DNA of 64,000 nucleotides from a virus: IMG/VR virus record IMGVR_UViG_3300044591_001745, positions 21,201 to 85,200 of that record; one strand, 5' to 3'. Shown piece by piece: positions 59,312 to 64,000 of this stretch (position 1 is its first letter; each line of letters starts with the position of its first letter). The notes under the pieces were generated by a model. It saw only the letters and a program-made list of their open reading frames with translations, ran no database searches and was not told where the DNA came from. The position numbers and the translations under genes were made by a program.

Positions 59312-59347
59312 TTGATACTATTATATGGTTGTATACACTTTAGTCAA
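59312..59347. promoter_or_regulatory. Overlapping divergent sigma70-type promoters at the strand switch
   Basis: Minus: TTGACT-16 nt-TATAAT (59347..59320), with AGTGTAT in the spacer. Plus: TTGATA-16 nt-TACACT (59312..59339). Confidence 0.6.
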
Positions 59348-59372
59348 CAATATTAATCGAAAGGACCATTTT

Positions 59373-59594
59373 ATGGCAACATACAAAAAGTGGACAGAGG
59401 CCGAATTGGATTTTATCCGTAATAATCAGCAACTTTTAAGCGATGATGAACTAGCAGCAAAATTAGGCCAAATGACAGGTGGTAATGTAACAACCGCCAT
59501 GATTCGCCGTCAAAGAAGGAAGCTAGGAATTCAAAAGGCCAAGGGACGTCGCCCTAAGAATCGCAATAAGGTTGTGGAAACCGGCCAAGTCTGA
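59373..59594 (+). CDS. Small HTH DNA-binding protein
   Basis: AAAGGA SD, ATG 59373; WT.AELDFI......SD.ELA.KL......T..MIRRQRRKLGI.K with a basic tail. Confidence 0.75.
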   Translation: MATYKKWTEAELDFIRNNQQLLSDDELAAKLGQMTGGNVTTAMIRRQRRKLGIQKAKGRRPKNRNKVVETGQV

Positions 59595-59598
59595 AAAG

Positions 59599-61335
59599 AT
59601 GTGTGGCATTGTGGCATATAAAGGTAGGCAGCAATGTCTACCTTTTTTGCTTGATGGACTGAAAAAGTTGGAGTATAGGGGATATGATAGTGTAGGATTG
59701 GCCTATAAAGTTGATGATAAAATAGAATTGGTGAAACAAATTGGTCGAATTGAAAACCTAACTCTTTCGGTTCCATTAAGCACACCATCATTCATGGGAA
59801 TGGGCCATACTCGCTGGGCCACCCATGGAAAACCGTCACTAGAGAATTGTCATCCTCATGTGTCGCCGGATGAGTCTTTGTATCTGGTTCATAATGGTAT
59901 AATTACAAACTATGAAAGTTTAAGGGTAAAAAATTATGCTTATTATGGAAATACTGACAGCGAAGTTTTGCTATCCGTTATTTATACAGAGTTTATCAAA
60001 CATCATGATCTGGCCGAGTGTGTGAAGACCTGTTTAAAAAAGGTTGAGGGATCGTATGCTATTGTTATTATGAGCGCCTCTAGCATGATCGTGGCGTGTA
60101 AGAATAGCTCTCTGGTTATTGGAATGGGTTCTGACGGATACTATGTGGCTAGTGATTGTGGAGCTTTGGAAGATTATGCAGATAAGGTGGTGTTCCTGGG
60201 TGAGAATACTGTGGGGGAAATTGGTCAAGATTTAAAGTTGTGGAATTTATTAGATAACTCAATGATAGAGTATAGGTCTGAGGTTTTGAATAATAAGAAT
60301 AGTAAGATTAGTAAGGGAAATTATGATCATTTCATGTTAAAGGAAATATATGAACAGTCAGAGGTGGTCAACGAATGTTTAAGGGGGCGATTGTTTGATG
60401 ATGTAAGATTAGATGAATTAGAAAAGTATAAGGATAGATTCTACGGGTGCAATACTGTTACATTATTAGGCTGTGGGTCTAGCTACTATGCATGTTTATT
60501 AGGCAAATATTATTTGGAAGAATTATGTGGAATAAAATGTTTGGTAGAAAGTGCTGGCGAATTTAGTAACAGACATCCTGTGATATCAAAAAGAGATGTT
60601 GTAATATGTTTGAGTCAGTCTGGGGAAACTGCTGATCTTTTAAATGCTGTTAGATTAGCCAAGAGTTATAATTGCTGTGTTATATCAATCTGCAATACTG
60701 ATAATTCGTCACTAACAAAACTGAGTGATTCTTACATATTGTGCAGAGCAGGAGTTGAAGTTGGTGTGGCTAGTACCAAGGGATTTACGTCACAAGTATT
60801 AGTATTGTTATTAATAGCATTATGGTTAAATTCTAATAAATTAACGAATCATTTAAATGCACTGTCTTTTTATATAGGCGAAACTTTAAAACTGTCATCT
60901 AGAATAAAAAGAGATGTGGCTTATTATAGTAGTATGGAAAGATTTTTGTTTGTTGGTAAAAAGTATAATTATCCTATAGCATTGGAAGGGGCATTAAAGT
61001 TAAAAGAGATATCATACTCTAGTGCTGAAGGATATGCCTCTTCGGAAATGAAACACGGACCTATAGCTTTGGTGGATAAAAATACTTTAGTTGTTGGTGT
61101 GGGCGGATCTGAGATTGATCATACCATTGAGGAGATAAAAGCTAGAGATGGTAATGTGATAAGAGTGGGGCCTGTGGGCAATAATATTGATTGGGGCGTT
61201 AGTGATGTTCCTGAAGAATTATGTCCTCTATTGTATGTTATAGTTCTACAGCTATTCTCTTATCATTATGCAGTGATGAAAGATAAAGACGTTGATAAAC
61301 CTAGAAATTTAGCCAAAAGTGTAACGGTGATATAA
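59599..61335 (+). CDS. glmS: Glutamine-fructose-6-phosphate aminotransferase (isomerizing)
   Basis: True start MCGIV (catalytic Cys); LEYRGYDS, GHTRWATHG, HNGII, SQSGET, VASTK, ALKLKE, KHGP, PRNLAKSVT. Confidence 0.96.
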   Translation: MCGIVAYKGRQQCLPFLLDGLKKLEYRGYDSVGLAYKVDDKIELVKQIGRIENLTLSVPLSTPSFMGMGHTRWATHGKPSLENCHPHVSPDESLYLVHNGIITNYESLRVKNYAYYGNTDSEVLLSVIYTEFIKHHDLAECVKTCLKKVEGSYAIVIMSASSMIVACKNSSLVIGMGSDGYYVASDCGALEDYADKVVFLGENTVGEIGQDLKLWNLLDNSMIEYRSEVLNNKNSKISKGNYDHFMLKEIYEQSEVVNECLRGRLFDDVRLDELEKYKDRFYGCNTVTLLGCGSSYYACLLGKYYLEELCGIKCLVESAGEFSNRHPVISKRDVVICLSQSGETADLLNAVRLAKSYNCCVISICNTDNSSLTKLSDSYILCRAGVEVGVASTKGFTSQVLVLLLIALWLNSNKLTNHLNALSFYIGETLKLSSRIKRDVAYYSSMERFLFVGKKYNYPIALEGALKLKEISYSSAEGYASSEMKHGPIALVDKNTLVVGVGGSEIDHTIEEIKARDGNVIRVGPVGNNIDWGVSDVPEELCPLLYVIVLQLFSYHYAVMKDKDVDKPRNLAKSVTVI

Positions 61336-61763
61336 TGATATACATAAGGCCAATAAATGTTAACGATAATTTTGCTCAATACATGGAGTGTGTTGAAGAT
61401 TTAAATAGTTCAGGGGTGGAGCTGGCCAGTGTGGAACAGATTAAAAGGGCGTTGTCATCAAGACCAAGCAACATAATAACATATGTTATAGTGGATAAAG
61501 AATCTATTGTGGCAACAGCCACTTGTATATTTGAAAGAAAGTTGAGATACAATCAGTTGTGCTGTCATATTGAGGATGTAGGAGTTCACAAAGATTACAG
61601 ATCTCGCGGATTTGGTAAATTGATCGTGGATCACTGCATCAGTGCTGCTGTAAATAAAAGATGCTACAAAGCAAAGTTATTCTGCTCCAATGAGCTAGAG
61701 CCATTCTATAGAAGCATGGGATTCAGAAAGAATAATCTTGGAATGGAAAAGATATTAGTTTGA
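61335..61763 (+). CDS. GNAT acetyltransferase, glucosamine-6-phosphate N-acetyltransferase (GNA1)-like
   Basis: IVATAT..FERK......HIEDV.V...YR.RG.GK.I...........CYK..L.C......FY...GF; start overlaps the glmS stop (TAATG). Confidence 0.8.
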   Translation: MIYIRPINVNDNFAQYMECVEDLNSSGVELASVEQIKRALSSRPSNIITYVIVDKESIVATATCIFERKLRYNQLCCHIEDVGVHKDYRSRGFGKLIVDHCISAAVNKRCYKAKLFCSNELEPFYRSMGFRKNNLGMEKILV

Positions 61764-62165
61764 TAATGGGGGAGGTTTAGGTAATACATTATGGTTATTG
61801 GGCTTGTATTGTGTTTGCACCACCGCCGCCTTGGGCAGATTTTTTGCATACCCCTTTGAAAAACAGAAAAACCCCCCTATTTGTAGGGGTGCATATTCGT
61901 ACACTGCCAACGCGACCACGAATGTACCCCCACGAGAGAGGGGGAAGTTATAGCGAATCCTGTGCCAAACTTTTAGGCTTTCGACATTGTAAGAAATGAC
62001 GCCGAAACTCGATTCTACTAAGTGTCCACTGAGCGTAACTCCAATGGTGGCAAGGATTTAGGGAAAATAAAATATTTCGCTTGACCGTTTTCCGTATAAT
62101 GGAACGTCGAAAGGAAGAAAAGGGAAACCTAATCTACCTTACGACATTGTAAGGAAAAAAAGTAT

Positions 62166-62193
62166 TTGACGCCGAACATTTGGCCGATATACT
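62166..62193 (+). promoter_or_regulatory. sigma70-type early promoter
   Basis: TTGACG-16 nt-TATACT with an A-rich upstream element. Confidence 0.65.
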
Positions 62194-62233
62194 TAGTAGT
62201 AGAGAAAGACAGAAAAGGAAAAAAGGAAAGAAA

Positions 62234-62554
62234 ATGATTTTTACTCGTCCCCGTGCTGAAGGTGGTCGTGATGTTGTCGGTTGCGAGATTGCTTGCAACT
62301 ATCAGGGGTCGAAGGATCCCGCTCCCCTTCGCATTGTGGGAATCGTCAAGAGTCAGCGTAAGGTCGAAGGTAAGGGAAACCTTTTGACTGTCGAAACGTC
62401 GGACGGTTTCCGTAGTCTCTACTTCGAGAAGGCTACCGACGTTACCTTCTACGCTCCCCGTCCGAAGGTTACGAATACCGACGATGGATACGATGCGTGG
62501 AAGGATAGCAACCTAGTCAAGTATGGATACGTTCCCCGTCGTCACTATCGGTGA
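62234..62554 (+). CDS. Early hypothetical protein
   Basis: ATG 62234 after a purine-rich leader (MIFTRPRAEG...); strongly biased codons (CGT, GCT, AAG). Confidence 0.75.
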   Translation: MIFTRPRAEGGRDVVGCEIACNYQGSKDPAPLRIVGIVKSQRKVEGKGNLLTVETSDGFRSLYFEKATDVTFYAPRPKVTNTDDGYDAWKDSNLVKYGYVPRRHYR

Positions 62555-62606
62555 TAGACGGCACGATATGCAGACCCTTTACCCTTACCCCCTCAAAGGA
62601 ACTACC

Positions 62607-62936
62607 ATGAAGAATCGTTTCCCTATCATCGAAAACGCTAAGCGTCAGGCCCGTATGATTTTCGTGGGTATTGCTATCCCCCATCAGCCTTCCCTCGCAG
62701 ATGGGGTATATGGCCCCATCCGTAGTGAGAAGGTTTTGAAGTTCAATCGAAAGGCTTTGCGAAATGCTGGCAAGGCTAAGGTGGAAAAGACTGACCCCCG
62801 CTATAAGGGGGGTGATGACCTTATGATCGTGAAGGTCGGTAAGCCCGGCTCGCGTGATAGGGTAGAGGCTTTGGCTTCGCAGTATGCTGCGATACTTGCT
62901 TGCGGTGAGGAGGTATCCCCCTTCGCGGAGGGGTGA
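62607..62936 (+). CDS. Early hypothetical basic protein
   Basis: AAAGGA SD, ATG 62607 (MKNRFPIIENAKRQAR...GKPGSRDRVEALASQYA). Confidence 0.75.
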   Translation: MKNRFPIIENAKRQARMIFVGIAIPHQPSLADGVYGPIRSEKVLKFNRKALRNAGKAKVEKTDPRYKGGDDLMIVKVGKPGSRDRVEALASQYAAILACGEEVSPFAEG

Positions 62937-63035
62937 TGCTTACCCCCACCGTGGTAGGGTGAGTAGGCAACCCCCCATAGGGGGTATCTGCTAATGCACC
63001 CGGCTAGCCACCCCCCATTGGGGGTATAAGCTTGA

Positions 63036-63117
63036 CGTAAAGCCTTACGCCATAAGCACTTACGTCAAAAATGCGCCCGCAAAATCGTCGTAAGTTATTG
63101 CTACATAAGGACTTGCG
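63036..63117. repeat. Two 29-bp imperfect palindromes CGTAAGTnnTT-N7-AAGnACTTACG
   Basis: 63036-63064 CGTAAAGCCTTACGCCATAAGCACTTACG and 63089-63117 CGTAAGTTATTGCTACATAAGGACTTGCG; a weaker third copy at 62034-62062. Confidence 0.75.
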
Positions 63118-63129
63118 TCGATATGGTGC

Positions 63130-63222
63130 AGCAAATGGTGTGCCATTCGTGTTTGGCATGGTATTTGCATATAGCAAACGGTGTGCCAGATACATTTTTA
63201 TTTTTATGGTATAGTATTTGCT
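63130..63222. promoter_or_regulatory. Array of four sigma54 (-24/-12) boxes in alternating orientation
   Basis: TGGCACACCATTTGCT (-), TGGCATGGTATTTGCA (+), TGGCACACCGTTTGCT (-), TGGTATAGTATTTGCT (+); all have GG-N10-GC spacing. Confidence 0.75.
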
Positions 63223-63258
63223 TAGGGAAATCTTACGAAAGATTCAGAAATATTTTTG

Positions 63259-63286
63259 TTGACATTCAAGAAATGCTTGGTATAAT
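63259..63286 (+). promoter_or_regulatory. sigma70 consensus promoter with extended -10
   Basis: TTGACA-16 nt-TATAAT, with TGn before the -10. Confidence 0.8.
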
Positions 63287-63317
63287 GTCGATATAAGAAA
63301 AAGAAAGAGAGAAAGCA

Positions 63318-63452
63318 ATGCTCACAATGATTCAGATTGGCAAGCGATTCAAAGTGTATCTCGGAAACGATGGCAACAGGAAGCCCCGCCTTGTGGGGGT
63401 ATTCAACTCTTCGCACGACGCGATCATGTTCATGAACTCTTACCCCCGATAA
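63318..63452 (+). CDS. Small early protein (44 aa) not in the ORF track
   Basis: Downstream of a consensus promoter and purine-rich leader; MLTMIQIGKRFKVYLGNDGNRKPRLVGVFNSSHDAIMFMNSYPR. Confidence 0.6.
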   Translation: MLTMIQIGKRFKVYLGNDGNRKPRLVGVFNSSHDAIMFMNSYPR

Positions 63453-63459
63453 GAGGGGA

Positions 63460-63488
63460 TTGACAGTAGAGAAATGATTAGGTATAAT
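63460..63488 (+). promoter_or_regulatory. Perfect sigma70 consensus promoter
   Basis: TTGACA-17 nt-TATAAT. Confidence 0.88.
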
Positions 63489-63513
63489 GCTATCAACACG
63501 AAAAGGAATCAGC

Positions 63514-63702
63514 ATGAATCCCAAGATTATCAACGATCCTCGTCCCCTTGTGTGGACAATCTCCAGCGAAGTGCGTGATACATACTGCCTGTATATCGAC
63601 GGTGTGCTTGTGGTGAACAACTCTCCACTAGATGAGTTCTACCCCCTCTATCGTAGGGCATCTGAACAAATCACCAAGATGGATTCCCTTACCCATAACT
63701 GA
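63514..63702 (+). CDS. Small early hypothetical protein
   Basis: AAAGGA SD, ATG 63514 (MNPKIINDPRPLVW...). Confidence 0.7.
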   Translation: MNPKIINDPRPLVWTISSEVRDTYCLYIDGVLVVNNSPLDEFYPLYRRASEQITKMDSLTHN

Positions 63703-63716
63703 TAGAAAGAAATCAA

Positions 63717-63960
<244 letters not shown>

Positions 63961-63970
63961 GGGAAATAAG

Positions 63971-64000
63971 ATGGCTACCGCTATTGTATTCATGGTATCG
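63971..64000 (+). CDS. Possible 5' end of the next early gene (truncated)
   Basis: AAGGGA SD then ATG GCT ACC GCT ATT GTA... open to the window edge. Confidence 0.45.
   Translation, partial: MATAIVFMVS

Noticed and set aside
461-59315. Many plus-strand ORFs antisense to the structural genes (for example 15151..15918, 22651..23166)
   Set aside because: Shadow ORFs of long minus-strand genes; no SD, no recognisable motifs
59373-59599. glmS ribozyme upstream of glmS
   Set aside because: Only 4 nt separate the HTH gene stop from the glmS ATG, leaving no room
55401-61763. Eukaryotic giant-virus origin suggested by GNA1, ERCC4, gmd and collagen
   Set aside because: TerL, portal, HK97-type head genes, TMP, SD sequences and sigma70/sigma54 motifs all indicate a bacteriophage
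62081-62100. TTGACC...TATAAT as a sigma70 promoter
   Set aside because: Spacer is only 8 nt; the -10 could work alone but the pair is not a canonical promoter
61764-63260. CRISPR array or tRNA genes in the repeat-rich region
   Set aside because: Repeats are degenerate and irregularly spaced with no constant repeat-spacer period; no cloverleaf or T-loop consensus seen

Overview
The window is a contiguous piece of a large, AT-rich tailed dsDNA phage genome (Caudoviricetes, probably siphovirus-like because no tail sheath is seen). Bases 1-59,300 form one minus-strand late/morphogenesis block, read right to left: phage sigma-like factor, candidate TerS, SAM methyltransferase, gmd, HNH and ERCC4 nucleases, TerL, portal, protease/scaffold, decoration protein, major capsid, about 12 kb of fibre/lectin genes, head-tail connectors with an RgpF-like gene inserted, tail tube, chaperones, a 5,109-aa tape measure protein and tail-tip proteins. 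On the plus strand follow an HTH gene, glmS and a GNA1-type acetyltransferase. From about 61,770 a compositionally different early-type region carries consensus sigma70 promoters, small ORFs and many cis-elements. The main candidate for a new system is the tape measure protein. It looks like a polyprotein in which PD-(D/E)xK nuclease-like, HAD, ADP-ribosyltransferase-like and GNAT-like domains are bracketed by about 19 repeated [F/Y/K]xxGG motifs and five 'VPAMLTPGEFV' modules, suggesting effector cargo injected with the tail ruler. Other notable signals are a GTGTA late-promoter motif (one copy marks a nested scaffold gene), four alternating sigma54 boxes in 93 bp, 29-bp 11-7-11 palindromes, repeated C5/G5 hairpins, a (CA)27 tract and glycan-synthesis genes embedded among virion genes. 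All calls come from reading motifs and gene order by eye; no database searches were run, and positions of motifs inside proteins are approximate.
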